Positions 39,710 to 50,654 of a DNA stretch of 64,000 bases are shown here, in pieces. The stretch is from an uncultured Actinomycetes bacterium (GTDB lineage: Bacteria; Actinomycetota; UBA4738; HRBIN12), in the NCBI GenBank assembly GCA_963821925.1, contig CAWGFO010000010.1, positions 403 through 64,402 on the forward strand. The letters run 5' to 3'. The notes beneath the pieces were generated by a model that made no database searches, had not been told where the DNA came from, and saw nothing but the letters and a program-made list of their open reading frames with translations. The position numbers were made by a program, and so were the translations under genes. Position 1 is the first letter of the stretch. Each line of letters opens with the position of its first letter.

Positions 39710-39765
39710 CCGGCGCCGCGCCGGACTAGAATCGGCAACGCCGACCACCGAAGGAGAGAGACCCC

Positions 39766-40188
39766 GTGTCGACCAAGGAAGTCGTGACACGCCTGGCGAA
39801 GGTGCCGCTGTTCTCGGGCTGCAGCCAGAAGGACCTGCAGACGATCGCGCGGGTGGTCAAGGACATCGATCACGAGGATGGAACCGTGATCGCGCGCGAA
39901 GGCGAGCCCGGGATCGGTCTGTTCGTGATCGCCGACGGGACGGCCGAGGTCACGATCGGCGGCTCGAAGAAGGCCTCCCTCGGCCCCGGCGACTTCTTCG
40001 GCGAGATCGCGCTCCTCGACGGCGGGCCCCGTACGGCGACGGTGACGGCCACGAGCGACGTGAAGCTCCTGGGCCTCACCGAGTGGGTGTTCCGCGGGTT
40101 GATGCAGGAGCATCCGACGATCGCGGTGAAGACCCTGCAGGCGATGGCGGGCCGCCTCCGCAACGCCACGAAGAGCGCCACCTCCTAG
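39766..40188 (+). CDS. Stand-alone cyclic-nucleotide-binding (CNB) domain protein.
   Basis: …GEPGIGLFVIADGTAEVT…PGDFFGEIALLDGGPRTATVTA… is a canonical CNB phosphate-binding cassette. Confidence 0.8.
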   Translation: MSTKEVVTRLAKVPLFSGCSQKDLQTIARVVKDIDHEDGTVIAREGEPGIGLFVIADGTAEVTIGGSKKASLGPGDFFGEIALLDGGPRTATVTATSDVKLLGLTEWVFRGLMQEHPTIAVKTLQAMAGRLRNATKSATS

Positions 40189-40225
40189 CGCGCGCAACGT
40201 TTCGCCCGAAACGGGGGACGATGTC

Positions 40226-41195
40226 GTGATGCATGCCGCCCCCGAGCCCGACGCGCACGCACGCGACCTCGCCGAGCGGCGGGCCGACGCCCGAGCCGCG
40301 AAGGACTTCGCCACGGCCGACGCGCTCCGCGACGAGCTCGCCGCCGAGGGCTGGACGGTCGTGGATGAGCCGGAGGGCTGGCATCTCGAGCCCCTGGCAC
40401 CCGTCGAGCCGGATCGGCCCGGGCCGCTCGCCGCAGGCGAGGTTCCCTCGATCCTCGATCAGCCCGCCACCGCGGACGTGTCGGCCCACTGGGTCTGCGA
40501 GGGATGGCCCGATGACATCGCCCGCGCGGTGGCCTCCTTCCGGGCGAACGCGGGGTCGCGCGACGTCCGGTACGTCGTCGCCGACGTCACGGACCAGCCC
40601 GACGGGGCCTTCGGCGACGGACGTCGAGGTGCTGCGGCTCGAGGCCGGCACCGGCTGGGGCGCGGCCAGGAACGCGGGCCTCAAGCGCACGGCAGGCCGG
40701 CTCGCGTTCGTGCTGGACGGCTCGATCGAGGCGGCCGGCGACGTCTTCGGTCCGCTCGAGGCGGCGCTCGACGATCCGACCGCCGGCATCGTGGGGCCGT
40801 TCGGCATCGTCACGCAGGACCTGCGTCAGTTCGACGAGCAGCCGGCGCCGGGACCGTGCGACGCCGTCGAGGGGTACTTCATGGCGTTACGTCGGGACAC
40901 GCTGGTGGCGGCGGGGCTCTTCGACGAGAAGTTCAAGTGGTACCGGACCGCCGACATCGAGTTCTCGTTCCGCGTGAAGGACCTCGGGCTGGCCGCGCGC
41001 GTCGTGGAGGTGCCCGTGATCAAGCACGAGCACCGGATGTGGTTCGAGACGGACCCGGCCACGCGGGCGAAGTGGTCGAAGCGGAACTACTACCGGTTCC
41101 TGGACCGGTGGCGCGACCGCTGGGATCTGGTGCTGGATCCGCATCCCCCGGAGCGGCACGACCACGGGCCGGACCACGACCACGACACACCGTGA
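40226..41195 (+). CDS. Family-2 glycosyltransferase with an N-terminal extension of about 50 aa resembling the C-terminal tail of cysteinyl-tRNA synthetase. One frame change near 40620.
   Basis: N-terminal …ARDLAERRADARAAKDFATADALRDELAAEGWTVVDEPEGW… (CysS C-terminal pattern) in ORF 40226... GT2 core …LEAGTGWGAARNAGL…FVLDGS…EGYFMALRRD… in the frame of ORF 40233... Confidence 0.6.
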
Positions 41196-41219
41196 ACCGC
41201 GGGCCCCGGCCCGCCGCTG

Positions 41220-43262
41220 TCAGTCGACGGTCGGGAGCGGCGGCGCCGGCGGCAGGGTGATCCGCGACGGCGTCTCGCGTGAGGTCTGCGGCTTGGGTGG
41301 CTCGGGGTGTTTCGCCACGGCCGCCGCGACGCGGCGTTCCTCGGCCTCCTCCTGCTGACGGACGACCTCGGCGGGGTCGGGGATCGCCTTCGCGCCCGAC
41401 GCGTACGCCAGGAGGTCGGCGCCGTCGATCGTCTCGGTCACGAGCAGGAGCTTCGACAGGCGATCGAGCAGGTCGCGGTGCTCCAACAGGAGCCGCTGGG
41501 CGTGGTCGTGCGCCTCGCCCAGGAGCCGCGAGACCTCCTCGTCGATCTTCTCGGCGGTGGCGCCGGAGATGCGCGGCCCGCCACCGAAGAACGCGTTCGG
41601 GTCGTCGTGTCCGAGGGAGAGCGGCCCGACCTTCTCGCTCATGCCGTACTCGGCGACCATCGCGCGCGCGATCTGCGTCGCCTTCTCGAGATCGTTCTGG
41701 GCGCCCGTGGAGATCTCGCTGAACACGACCTCCTCGGCGACGCGGCCGCCCATAGCGAACGCGAGCATGTCGTTCAGTTCGGGCTCGGTGGCGAGGTAGC
41801 GGTCCTCGAGCGGCCGGGTCATCGTCAGGCCGAGCGCCGCCGTGCCGCGCGGGATGATCGTGATCCGGTGCACGGGGTCGAGGTTCTCGCAGTAGTGCGC
41901 GACCAGCGCATGGCCCATCTCGTGGAACGCGACCCGGGTCTTCTCCTTCTCGCTCATCACCCGCGACTTGCGCTCGAGTCCCATCGACGCACGGTCGATC
42001 GCCTCCTCGAGCTCGTCCTCGGAGACGGAGTTCTTCTCGCGGCGCGCGGCGAGGAGTGCCGCCTCGTTCACGACGTTCTCGAGGTCGGCGCCGGTGAAGC
42101 CCGGCGTGCGCGCCGCGATCGTGTGCAGGTCGACGTCGGTGCCGAGCGCCACACCGCGGGCGTGCACGCGCAGGATCTCCTCGCGACCCTTCAGGTCGGG
42201 GCGGTCCACGACGACCTGTCGGTCGAAGCGCCCGGGCCGCACGAGGGCGGGGTCGAGCACGTCGGGCCGGTTCGTCGCGGCCATGATGATCACGCCCTTG
42301 CTGGCGTCGAAGCCGTCCATCTCGACCAGCAGCTGGTTCAGCGTTTGCTCGCGCTCGTCGTGCGCACCGAACCCCGCGCCGCTCACGCCGGCGCGTCCCT
42401 TGCCGATCGTGTCGATCTCATCCAGGAAGACCAGCGCCGGCGCCTTCTCCTTGGCCTGTTGGAACAGCTCGCGGACACGCGCGGCGCCCAAGCCCACGAA
42501 CATCTCGACGAATTCCGAGCCGCTCATGAAGAAGAAGGGGACGTTCGCCTCACCAGCGACCGCGCGCGCGAGCAGGGTCTTGCCGCACCCGGGGGGCCCC
42601 AGCAGCAGCACGCCCTTGGGGATGCGCCCGCCGAGGCGCTGGTACTTCTTCGGGTTCGAGAGGAACTCGACGATCTCGCGGAGCTCGTCCTTGGCCTCGT
42701 CCACACCGGCGACGTCGGCGAAGGTGGTCTTCATCTCCTTGCGGTCGTAGATCTTGACCTTGTTCTTGCCCATGTTCAGCGGGCCGGCGCCCGCGGCGCC
42801 CACGCGGCGGAACACGAACCAGTAGACGAGCCCCATGATCAGCACGAAGGGCAGGATGTTCAGGATCAGCTGCAGGAAGACGCTCGGCTGCTGGAACTCG
42901 TAGTTCACGTTGTTCGTGTCGAGGAACTCCGTGAACGCCTGGTCCACCTGGAAGTTGGTGGACAGGGTGGCCGAGAACTTCTGGTCCTCCCCCTGATCGT
43001 TCACGAGAGTGCCCGAGATCGTCGTGTCAGAGATCGAGACCGTGGTGTTCTCGGCGATCTTGCCGTCCTGGACCGTCGTCACGAACTCGGAGTAGGAGAT
43101 CGACTCGGTGTTCGCGCTCGTGAGCCAGCCGTTGAACAGGAACAGGCCGACCAGGAGCAGCGGGACGATGAGCCAGGGCATCAGGCGGGAACGAGGCATG
43201 TTCGGGCCGCCGCCGCCGTTGTCGCCGCCGCCGCGCCGTCCGAGGGGATCGTTATCGGGCAT
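41220..43262 (-). CDS. ftsH: ATP-dependent zinc metalloprotease FtsH.
   Basis: Two N-terminal TM segments, AAA+ domain ([13 protein letters not shown]… Walker A, DEID Walker B, SRH) and HEXXH (…AFHEMGHAL…). Confidence 0.95.
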   Translation of the reverse strand: MPDNDPLGRRGGGDNGGGGPNMPRSRLMPWLIVPLLLVGLFLFNGWLTSANTESISYSEFVTTVQDGKIAENTTVSISDTTISGTLVNDQGEDQKFSATLSTNFQVDQAFTEFLDTNNVNYEFQQPSVFLQLILNILPFVLIMGLVYWFVFRRVGAAGAGPLNMGKNKVKIYDRKEMKTTFADVAGVDEAKDELREIVEFLSNPKKYQRLGGRIPKGVLLLGPPGCGKTLLARAVAGEANVPFFFMSGSEFVEMFVGLGAARVRELFQQAKEKAPALVFLDEIDTIGKGRAGVSGAGFGAHDEREQTLNQLLVEMDGFDASKGVIIMAATNRPDVLDPALVRPGRFDRQVVVDRPDLKGREEILRVHARGVALGTDVDLHTIAARTPGFTGADLENVVNEAALLAARREKNSVSEDELEEAIDRASMGLERKSRVMSEKEKTRVAFHEMGHALVAHYCENLDPVHRITIIPRGTAALGLTMTRPLEDRYLATEPELNDMLAFAMGGRVAEEVVFSEISTGAQNDLEKATQIARAMVAEYGMSEKVGPLSLGHDDPNAFFGGGPRISGATAEKIDEEVSRLLGEAHDHAQRLLLEHRDLLDRLSKLLLVTETIDGADLLAYASGAKAIPDPAEVVRQQEEAEERRVAAAVAKHPEPPKPQTSRETPSRITLPPAPPLPTVD

Positions 43263-43380
43263 GTCACCAATCTTCCCACCCCTTCCCCCGTATGACAGGA
43301 CCGGCGCGCCATCGCGACGGAACGTTCACACGGGGCCGCCCGAGGCGAACCGTTCGCGCAACCCCCCGTATCGTGGGCGG

Positions 43381-44904
43381 GTGGACGTCGATCGGCGCGT
43401 CGCGGCGAGGGCCGCCTCCCTGTGGGGCCTCGCGGTCGGCGTGGCCGCAACGGGAGTGGTCGCGTCGCTCTGGTCGAGGTTCCCGTTCCCGCCCATCCAG
43501 GTCGCCGAGCGCGTGGCGAACCTCACGCCCGGCGGGGTGGCGACGTTCTTCATCGACCTGCTCCATCACCTGGCGCTTCCGCTCGTGGTGCTCCTCGTGG
43601 GTGCCGGGCTGGTGGCGATCACGCTCGGTCTGGCGGGCCTGTTGCCACGGCTCGCGGAGCGGATCGGCGCCGTCGCGGCCGGCCTGGTGCTCTCGCTCCC
43701 CGCGTACCTCGCGGCGCTCGCCGCGTTCGACCCGTCCTCGGTGACGACCGGACGCTCCGCGTATGCCCTCGCGCTGGCAGGGTGCGCCGCCGCCGGGGGG
43801 GTCGCGGCAGGGCTCGCGTACGCGCAGCTGATCCGGCCGCCCTCGGGCACGCCCGCGGCGCGACCCGACGACCCGTCCCGGCGGGTCCTGCTCCGCGCCG
43901 GTGTCGTGGGTGGGCTCGGCGTCGCCGTCGGGTGGCTCGATCTCGGGCGCGCGCTCTTCGTGGGCGGCGGCGACCCCCATCGCCCGCTCGACGTCGCGAC
44001 GGTCGCGCGGTCGGCCGGGCCGGCGCGCCCGGCGCCGGCGTTCGCGGTGCCGGGGCTGGCCCCTCTGGTCACACCGATCGACGACTTCTACACGGTCGAC
44101 GAAGAGATCGTGGATCCGTCCGTCGATGCGGGCGCGTGGCGGCTCCGGGTCGATGGGGCGATCGACACGCCCTTCGAGCTCACTTACGACGAGCTGCTGG
44201 CTCTTCCGCAGACCGAGCAGCACGCCACGCTCGAATGCATCTCGAACCCGGTGGGCGGCGACCTGATCTCGACGGCCACGTGGACCGGCGTCCCGGTGGC
44301 GGCGCTGCTCGAGCGAGCGGGCGTGCGCGCGGGGGCGGTCGAAGTGGTCTTCCGCGCGATCGGCGGGTACAGCGACTCGCTGCCGATCGCGGACGCATCG
44401 CGTCCCGTGACGATCGTCGCGGTCGGCATGAACGGCCTCGCGCTCCCTCGCGCGCACGGCTACCCTGCCCGGCTGCTCGCCCCCGGGTACTTCGGCATGA
44501 AGCAGCCCAAGTGGCTCGAGCACCTCGAGGTCGTGACGACGCCCTACCAGGGGTACTGGGAGCAGCGCGGGTGGGTGAAGGCGGCCGTCGTGCGCACGAT
44601 GTCGCGGGTCGACGGGTACGGCGAGGTGGGCGGAGGCACGTTCGTGGCCGGGGTCGCGTTCGCGGGGGACCGCGGGATCTCGCGCGTCGAGGTGTCGCTC
44701 GACGACGGCGCGACCTGGGCAGACGCCGAGCTCGAACGGCCGCTCTCGGGTCTCACCTGGCGGCGGTGGCGCCTGCCGTTCGACCCCGGCACGGACCCGG
44801 TGGTCGTCGTGCGGGCCACCGATGGCGAGGGCGTCGTGCAACCCGCGGAGCCCATGGACCCCCACCCGAGCGGAGCGACCGGGCTCGACCGCGTTACGCT
44901 GTAA
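43381..44904 (+). CDS. Membrane-anchored molybdopterin-dependent oxidoreductase (sulfite-oxidase fold, YedY/MsrP-like).
   Basis: N-terminal polytopic region, then …[27 protein letters not shown]…[21 protein letters not shown]… (Mo-cofactor domain) and a C-terminal Ig-like dimerisation domain. Confidence 0.75.
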   Translation: MDVDRRVAARAASLWGLAVGVAATGVVASLWSRFPFPPIQVAERVANLTPGGVATFFIDLLHHLALPLVVLLVGAGLVAITLGLAGLLPRLAERIGAVAAGLVLSLPAYLAALAAFDPSSVTTGRSAYALALAGCAAAGGVAAGLAYAQLIRPPSGTPAARPDDPSRRVLLRAGVVGGLGVAVGWLDLGRALFVGGGDPHRPLDVATVARSAGPARPAPAFAVPGLAPLVTPIDDFYTVDEEIVDPSVDAGAWRLRVDGAIDTPFELTYDELLALPQTEQHATLECISNPVGGDLISTATWTGVPVAALLERAGVRAGAVEVVFRAIGGYSDSLPIADASRPVTIVAVGMNGLALPRAHGYPARLLAPGYFGMKQPKWLEHLEVVTTPYQGYWEQRGWVKAAVVRTMSRVDGYGEVGGGTFVAGVAFAGDRGISRVEVSLDDGATWADAELERPLSGLTWRRWRLPFDPGTDPVVVVRATDGEGVVQPAEPMDPHPSGATGLDRVTL

Positions 44905-44908
44905 GTCC

Positions 44909-45493
44909 ATGGCCCAGACCACCGCAGCCGACGACCAGGCCCTTCGCGACCGCTTCGAGCGCGACGTGCTGCCCTTGCTGCCGAGCCTCTACGGCGCGGC
45001 GATGCGGCTCACGCGCAACCCGAGCGACGCCGAGGACCTCGTGCAGGAGACCTACCTCCGCGCGTTCCGTGGCTTCGGCGGGTTCACGGAGGGCACGAAC
45101 CTCAAGGCGTGGCTCTACAGGATCCTCACGAACCAGTTCATCAACACGTACCGCAAGAAGCAGCGGGAGCCGCAGATCGTCGAGGGGCCCGACGACCTCG
45201 ACGAGTGGTACCTGTACGACAAGCTGGGCGGACGGAGCGTCGAGGCCTCGGCCGAGACCGAGGTGCTCGACCAGATCCCCGACGCCGACGTGAAGGCCGC
45301 CCTGGAGTCGCTCTCGGAGAACTTCCGCATCCCGGTCCTGCTCGCCGACGTGGAGGGGTTCAGCTACAAGGAGATCGCCGAGATCATGGAGACGCCGATC
45401 GGCACCGTCATGTCGCGCCTGCATCGGGGAAGGAAAGCCCTCGAGAAGGCGTTGTGGGAGACAGCCCGAGCGCGAGGATTGGTCGATGAGTGA
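44909..45493 (+). CDS. sigH: ECF sigma factor of the SigH/SigR type.
   Basis: Region 2 …[17 protein letters not shown]… and region 4 …[35 protein letters not shown]…. It is immediately followed by a ZAS anti-sigma gene that it overlaps. Confidence 0.8.
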   Translation: MAQTTAADDQALRDRFERDVLPLLPSLYGAAMRLTRNPSDAEDLVQETYLRAFRGFGGFTEGTNLKAWLYRILTNQFINTYRKKQREPQIVEGPDDLDEWYLYDKLGGRSVEASAETEVLDQIPDADVKAALESLSENFRIPVLLADVEGFSYKEIAEIMETPIGTVMSRLHRGRKALEKALWETARARGLVDE

Positions 45494-45737
45494 CTGTGGC
45501 GTGAACTGCGAGGAAGCGCTCAAAGAGATCGAGCGGTTCCTCGACGGTGAGCTCGACCCGAACGTGCAGGGCGAGATCTCGCACCACCTCTCCGACTGTC
45601 ACCCGTGCATGCAGCGTGTGGAGTTCCGTCGGTCGCTGAAGATCATGATCTCGTCGAAGTGCGTCGGCGACGCCGTGCCGGCCGATCTCGGCGAGAGGAT
45701 CCGCGGGCTGATCCGTGAGCACGACGCCCCGGCCTGA
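45486..45737 (+). CDS. rshA: Zinc-associated anti-sigma (ZAS) factor, redox-sensing, RshA/RsrA-like.
   Basis: [23 protein letters not shown]…[14 protein letters not shown]… carries the HxxxCxxC ZAS motif. Confidence 0.8.
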   Translation: MSDCGVNCEEALKEIERFLDGELDPNVQGEISHHLSDCHPCMQRVEFRRSLKIMISSKCVGDAVPADLGERIRGLIREHDAPA

Positions 45738-45783
45738 CGAGCCGGGTGCAACACGGGGCCGGCTGCGTCAGACTGTTGCGATC

Positions 45784-46494
45784 ATGGATCTCGGAACGGT
45801 ACTGGGCATCTGGGCGCATCCCGACGACGACATCTACCTGAGCGCCGGCCTGATGGCGATGAACGTCGGCCTCGGTAACCGCGTGGTCGACGTCACCGCC
45901 ACGCGCGGCGAGGGCGGGTCGATGGACGAGGAACGGTGGCCGCCCGAGACGATGGCGGACGTCCGGAGCGTCGAGCTGATGCAGAGCCTCGAGGTCCTCG
46001 GGGTGAGCGAGCATCGCTTCCTCGAGGGTCCCGTCGACATCGACATGGACACGCCGCTGGATGAGTCCGGCGCGGCGCAGGTGATCGAGATCATGGCTGA
46101 GGTGCAGCCCGACACCGTGCTGACGTTCGGCCCCGACGGGATGACCGGCCACGTCGGGCACATGAGCGTCTCGCGGTGGGCGACCGAGGCCTTCCATGCG
46201 GTCGCCAAGCCCGGGGCCCAGCTGCACTACGCGACGATGACGCCCTGGTACGTGGAGGAGTTCGCCGAGATCTTCGAACCGCTGAACATCTTCCGGCCGG
46301 GGACCCCGCCCGTGACGCCGCCGGACCAGCTCTCGATCGACCTCGCGCTCCAGTCGGATCTGCTCGAGCGCAAGTGGTCGTCGATCATGCAGCACATCAG
46401 CCAGGTCCAGTACATCTTCGACGCGGTCGGCGAGGACATCTTCAAGCAGGAGATGTCGCACGAGTGGTTCCGCCTCGCCGCGGTGAAAGCATGA
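45784..46494 (+). CDS. PIG-L/LmbE-family N-acetylglucosaminyl deacetylase.
   Basis: …LGIWAHPDDDIYLSAGL… (HPDDE-type metal site) and …FGPDGMTGHVGH…. A start at 45715 is also possible. Confidence 0.75.
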   Translation: MDLGTVLGIWAHPDDDIYLSAGLMAMNVGLGNRVVDVTATRGEGGSMDEERWPPETMADVRSVELMQSLEVLGVSEHRFLEGPVDIDMDTPLDESGAAQVIEIMAEVQPDTVLTFGPDGMTGHVGHMSVSRWATEAFHAVAKPGAQLHYATMTPWYVEEFAEIFEPLNIFRPGTPPVTPPDQLSIDLALQSDLLERKWSSIMQHISQVQYIFDAVGEDIFKQEMSHEWFRLAAVKA

Positions 46495-46498
46495 TCTC

Positions 46499-48019
46499 GT
46501 GAGCTCCGTGGAACCCCCCGGGGCGGTCCGCGACCTCGACTGGGATCCCAAGCGAGCTCGGGCGTTCACGGACGGCGCCGCCGACATCTGGCAGGAGCTC
46601 CTCGAGCGGCTGCCCGATCAGCGGGTATCCCGGCACTGGACGGCCGCGCAGGTGCGCGAAGCCGTCACGATGCCCGTGCCGGACGAGCCGATGGGCGACG
46701 GGGCGCTCCTCGCGTACCTGCGCGACGTCGTGTTCGAGTGGTCCGCCTACCTCGGGCACCCCCGGTTCATGGCGTACGTGTCCGGCGCCGGCACCCTGCC
46801 CGGCGTCGCGGCGGACCTGCTGGCCTCGGGCGTGAACCAGAACGTCGGCGGCTGGATGCTCTCGCCCTCGATCACCGAGATCGAACAGCACCTGTGCCGG
46901 TGGTTCGCGCAGGACATGTTCGGGCTGCCCGAGGGCTCGGGCGGCGAGATCACGTCGGGGGGCGCGATGGCCAACTTCATCGCGCTGAAGACCGCGCGCG
47001 ACCACCGCGCCGGCTGGGACGTGCGGAGCGACGGGGTCGGGGCCGGTCCACCGCTCGCGCTCTATCTGTCGACCGAGACCCATGTCGTCAGCGACCGGGC
47101 GGCCGACATGCTCGGCATCGGCGCCGCGAACGTGCGGCACATCCCCGTCGAGGGTTATCGGATGCGCGTCGACGATCTCCGCGCGAAGATCGCCGCCGAC
47201 CGCGAGGCGGGGCTCCGGCCGTTCGCGGTGGTGGGCACCGCGGGAACGGTCTCGACCGGCGTGGTGGACCCCCTCGACGAGCTCGCCGACGTCTGCGCCG
47301 AAGAGGGGCTCTGGTTCCACGTCGACGGTGCGTACGGTGGGCCGGCGGTCCTCGCCGAGGATCTGCGGCCGCTGTTCTCGGGGATCGAGCGTGCCGACTC
47401 GATCGCGTTCGACCCGCACAAGTGGCTCTACACACCGCACTCGGGTGGGTGCGTGCTGGTGCGGGATTTCGACCACCTCCGCGACTCGTTCGACGCCTAC
47501 GCGAGTTACACGGTGCAAGACAAGGACGCCACCGGCCACGGGATCGACTTCGGGCGTCACGGGCCGCTCTTCAGCCGCAGCGCCTGGGCCCTGAAGGTCT
47601 GGGTGTCCCTCCTGGCGCACGGACGGGCCGCCTACGCCCGCCGGATCTCGCACGACGCGGCGCTCGCGCGGTACCTGGGTGCCAGGGTCGGGGAGCGTCC
47701 GGACTTCGAGCTGATCGTCCCGGTGGGGCTCTCGATCACGTGCTTCCGCTACGTGCCGCCGGGGCTGCCCGCGGACGATGCGTCCGCCGAGCGCCGCGAG
47801 GCCTACCTCTCGGAGTTGAACCAGCGGATCATGACCGAGGTGCAGCTGGACGGGCGGGTCTTCTTCTCGAACGCGATCCTCGACGACCGGTTCGTGCTGC
47901 GGACCTGCGTCGTGAACTTCCGCACCGAGGCCGAGGACATGGACGCCGTGCTGAACGTGGCGGCCGAGATCGGGGCCGCCTACGACGAAGAGCACCGTCC
48001 GTCGGAGCTCCGCGGATGA
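46499..48019 (+). CDS. Pyridoxal-phosphate-dependent group II (aromatic-L-amino-acid-type) decarboxylase.
   Basis: …GGAMANFIALKTARD…, and …SIAFDPHKWLYTPHSGGCVLVRD… (PLP-lysine region). Confidence 0.85.
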   Translation: MSSVEPPGAVRDLDWDPKRARAFTDGAADIWQELLERLPDQRVSRHWTAAQVREAVTMPVPDEPMGDGALLAYLRDVVFEWSAYLGHPRFMAYVSGAGTLPGVAADLLASGVNQNVGGWMLSPSITEIEQHLCRWFAQDMFGLPEGSGGEITSGGAMANFIALKTARDHRAGWDVRSDGVGAGPPLALYLSTETHVVSDRAADMLGIGAANVRHIPVEGYRMRVDDLRAKIAADREAGLRPFAVVGTAGTVSTGVVDPLDELADVCAEEGLWFHVDGAYGGPAVLAEDLRPLFSGIERADSIAFDPHKWLYTPHSGGCVLVRDFDHLRDSFDAYASYTVQDKDATGHGIDFGRHGPLFSRSAWALKVWVSLLAHGRAAYARRISHDAALARYLGARVGERPDFELIVPVGLSITCFRYVPPGLPADDASAERREAYLSELNQRIMTEVQLDGRVFFSNAILDDRFVLRTCVVNFRTEAEDMDAVLNVAAEIGAAYDEEHRPSELRG

Positions 48020-48744
48020 CCCGCGCGTTCGCCCTGCTCGGGTCGGGTGAGTTCGATCCGTGGACGTCGTCGATCGACCGCTGGCTCCTGGGCCGCGACG
48101 GCGCGCGCATCGGGCCGGTGCTGATCCTGCCGACCGCGTCGGCGGCCGAGGGCGATGACGTGTTCGACATGTGGGCCCGCAAGGGCCTCGACCATTACGA
48201 CCGGCACGCGATCGACGCCCGGGTCCTGCCCTTGAAGACGCGCGACGATGCCCACCGCGACGACCTCATGGTCGCCCTCGAGGATGCATCGGTCGCCTTC
48301 TTCAGCGGTGGAAACCCCGCGTACCTCTCCGCGGTGCTCGACGGGACGCCGTTCTGGCGTGCGCTGCTGGCGGCGATGGACGACGGGCTCGCGTACGCCG
48401 GGTGCAGCGCCGGCGTGGCCTGCCTGGGCGACATCGCCCCCGACAGCGCGCGCGAGGAGTTCGACGAGACCTTCTGGCAACCCGGGCTGAAGCTCTTCCC
48501 CGGCTTCTGGTTCGGGCCGCACTGGGATGCGCTCGACGGGTTCGCCCCGGGGCTCACGGACTTCATCGTCTCGGAGGTCCCCCCCGGCGCGACGCTCGTC
48601 GGGATCGACGAGAACACGGCGCTCGTCGGCGACGGCCGCCGCTGGGACATCGTCGGCGTGGGCGGCGCCCACATCCTCACCGACGGCGACTGGGCGCATC
48701 ACGAGCCCGGTGCCTCGCTCGATCTGGCGCTCTCCACGGCGTAG
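48016..48744 (+). CDS. Peptidase S51 / class-I glutamine-amidotransferase-like protein (peptidase E / cyanophycinase fold).
   Basis: …ILPTASAAEGDD…FFSGGNPAYL…YAGCSAGVACLGD…. ATGA overlap with the decarboxylase. Confidence 0.7.
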   Translation: MTRAFALLGSGEFDPWTSSIDRWLLGRDGARIGPVLILPTASAAEGDDVFDMWARKGLDHYDRHAIDARVLPLKTRDDAHRDDLMVALEDASVAFFSGGNPAYLSAVLDGTPFWRALLAAMDDGLAYAGCSAGVACLGDIAPDSAREEFDETFWQPGLKLFPGFWFGPHWDALDGFAPGLTDFIVSEVPPGATLVGIDENTALVGDGRRWDIVGVGGAHILTDGDWAHHEPGASLDLALSTA

Positions 48745-48800
48745 CACTTGGGTCCGTCCGCGTGGCGTGAGGTTGGGCGCCACCGGGGCCCGCCGGTAGG

Positions 48801-49472
48801 GTGTCGGCCATGCCGACCACGCCCGCCCTCACGCGCGAGTCACCGATCGAGGACCGTGCCCCGCAGATCATCAAGGCCCTCACGAAGGCGTATCCCGATG
48901 CGCACGTTGCGCTGAATTTCACGAACCCGCTCGAGTGCCTGATCGCCACGATGCTCTCGGCGCAGTGCACCGACGAGCGCGTGAACATGGTCACGAAGGA
49001 CCTGTTCGTGAAGTACCGGACCCCCCAGGACTACCTGGCGGTGCCCGAGGACGAGCTGAAAGAGGACATCCGTTCCACGGGGTTCTTCAACCAGAAGGCA
49101 CGTGCGATCCGCGGCGCCTGCACGCGGATCGTCGAGGCGTACGACGGCGAGGTCCCGGGCACGATGGAGGAGCTGATCACGCTCCCCGGGGTGGCGCGCA
49201 AGACGGCCAACATCGTCACCGGCAACAGCTTCGGCCGCGTCGAGGGCATCGCGGTCGACACCCACGTGCGACGACTGGCCAACCGGCTCGGGTTCAGCGA
49301 CGAGTCCGACACCGACAAGATCGAGCAGGACCTGATGCGGCTGATCCCGAAGCGGCGCTGGTTCGGGTTCAGCTACGTGTTGATCGACCACGGCCGGGCG
49401 ATCTGCCAGGCGAAGAAGCCCCGGTGCGACGAGTGCCCGGTGGAGCGGCTGTGCCCCTCGAGCCGGCTCTGA
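48801..49472 (+). CDS. nth: Endonuclease III (DNA glycosylase/AP lyase).
   Basis: HhH-GPD region …LITLPGVARKTANIV…, catalytic Lys/Asp context, and a C-terminal [4Fe-4S] cluster CQAKKPRCDECPVERLCP. Confidence 0.9.
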   Translation: MSAMPTTPALTRESPIEDRAPQIIKALTKAYPDAHVALNFTNPLECLIATMLSAQCTDERVNMVTKDLFVKYRTPQDYLAVPEDELKEDIRSTGFFNQKARAIRGACTRIVEAYDGEVPGTMEELITLPGVARKTANIVTGNSFGRVEGIAVDTHVRRLANRLGFSDESDTDKIEQDLMRLIPKRRWFGFSYVLIDHGRAICQAKKPRCDECPVERLCPSSRL

Positions 49473-49473
49473 G

Positions 49474-49821
49474 TCAGCCGACCGCGCCCACGAGCTCGCC
49501 ACGATCGGCCTCGGCGGCCACCCGATCGTCACGCGACGCGGCGATCGCGGCGGCTCGGCGTCGCGCCCGGCGGATCACGCGACGCTCCTCTTCGTCGAGG
49601 CCGCCCCAGACCCCGGCGTCCTGGCACGAGTCGAGGGCCCACGCGAGGCAGGCCTCGATCACGGGACACTGGCGGCAGACGGCCTTCGCGCGCGCGGTCT
49701 GCTCGATCGCGGGGCCGCTGCTCCCGACCGGGAAGAAGAGCTCGGGGTCCTCGCCGATGCACCGAGCTCGCTCGATCCAGGCGGACTCGCGCGGATCTCT
49801 TCTGAACTTGGGTTCAATCAT
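49474..49821 (-). CDS. whiB: WhiB-family (Wbl) transcriptional regulator.
   Basis: Four Cys (…RARCIGEDPELFFP…AVCRQCPVIEACLAWALD…), a GVWGG turn and an Arg-rich tail. Confidence 0.85.
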   Translation of the reverse strand: MIEPKFRRDPRESAWIERARCIGEDPELFFPVGSSGPAIEQTARAKAVCRQCPVIEACLAWALDSCQDAGVWGGLDEEERRVIRRARRRAAAIAASRDDRVAAEADRGELVGAVG

Positions 49822-49874
49822 CGATCACCGTTTGACGCGTGCGGATACGATCGGGGAGTGTGGGGGCGAGCGTA

Positions 49875-50654
49875 GTGTCTGAACGGTCGTTCAGTCAAGC
49901 GCGCCCGATCGTCGTGGCCCATCGGGGCGCCCCGCTGATCGAACCCGAGAACACGATCCCGTCCTTCGAGGCCGCCGTCGCGGCCGGTGTCGACGCCGTG
50001 GAGTTCGACGTTCGGCTGTCGGCCGACGGGCTGCCCGTGATCCTGCACGACGCCACCCTGGACCGGACGACCGACGGGCACGGCCTCGCGCGCGACCTCA
50101 CGGTCGCCGAGCTCGCACGGATCACGATCCCGAGAGGCGACGGGAGCCCGACGAGCGTGCCGACGCTGGAGGAGGCGCTCAGGAGGCTCTCGGGGCGTGT
50201 CGGCGTCGACATCGAGCTCAAGCAGCTCCCGGGCGAGCCGGACTTCGACCCGGACGTGGATCGGCTCGTCGAGGCGACCCTGCGCACGATCGACGCGGTG
50301 GCCTTCGTCGGGCCGGTGCTGCTCACCAGCTTCAACCCCTTCGCGATCGACGCGGCCCGGCGCCTCGGCCCTGACGTCCCGGTCGGGCTTCTGACCGACC
50401 CGTCGGTGGAAGTGGGCGTCGCCCTGGCGTTCGCCGGTGAGCACGCGTACGACTGGATGCTGCCGCCCGTCCCACGGATCGTCGAGGCGGGGGAGCGGAT
50501 GGTCGCGCGTGCCCACGACGCGGGGCTCCGGGTGGGGACCTGGAACACCCAGAACCCGGACGAGGCCCGCACGCTGATGGGCTGGGGGCTCGACGCGATC
50601 GCCACGAACGACCCGGCCGCGATCGTCGCCGCCCGCGCCGCGTGGGACGGCTGA
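49875..50654 (+). CDS. Glycerophosphodiester phosphodiesterase. An alternative ATG start lies at 49839.
   Basis: …IVVAHRGAP…ENTIPSFEAAV…VEFDVRLSADGLPVILHD… (GDPD catalytic His/Arg motifs). Confidence 0.8.
   Translation: MSERSFSQARPIVVAHRGAPLIEPENTIPSFEAAVAAGVDAVEFDVRLSADGLPVILHDATLDRTTDGHGLARDLTVAELARITIPRGDGSPTSVPTLEEALRRLSGRVGVDIELKQLPGEPDFDPDVDRLVEATLRTIDAVAFVGPVLLTSFNPFAIDAARRLGPDVPVGLLTDPSVEVGVALAFAGEHAYDWMLPPVPRIVEAGERMVARAHDAGLRVGTWNTQNPDEARTLMGWGLDAIATNDPAAIVAARAAWDG

Noticed and set aside
38077-39710. tRNA-Met as the boundary of an integrated element.
   Set aside because: No integrase, excisionase, phage genes or duplicated tRNA 3' segment lie downstream. The next gene is a housekeeping-type M1 peptidase. 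The collagen-like gene upstream is still flagged as a finding.
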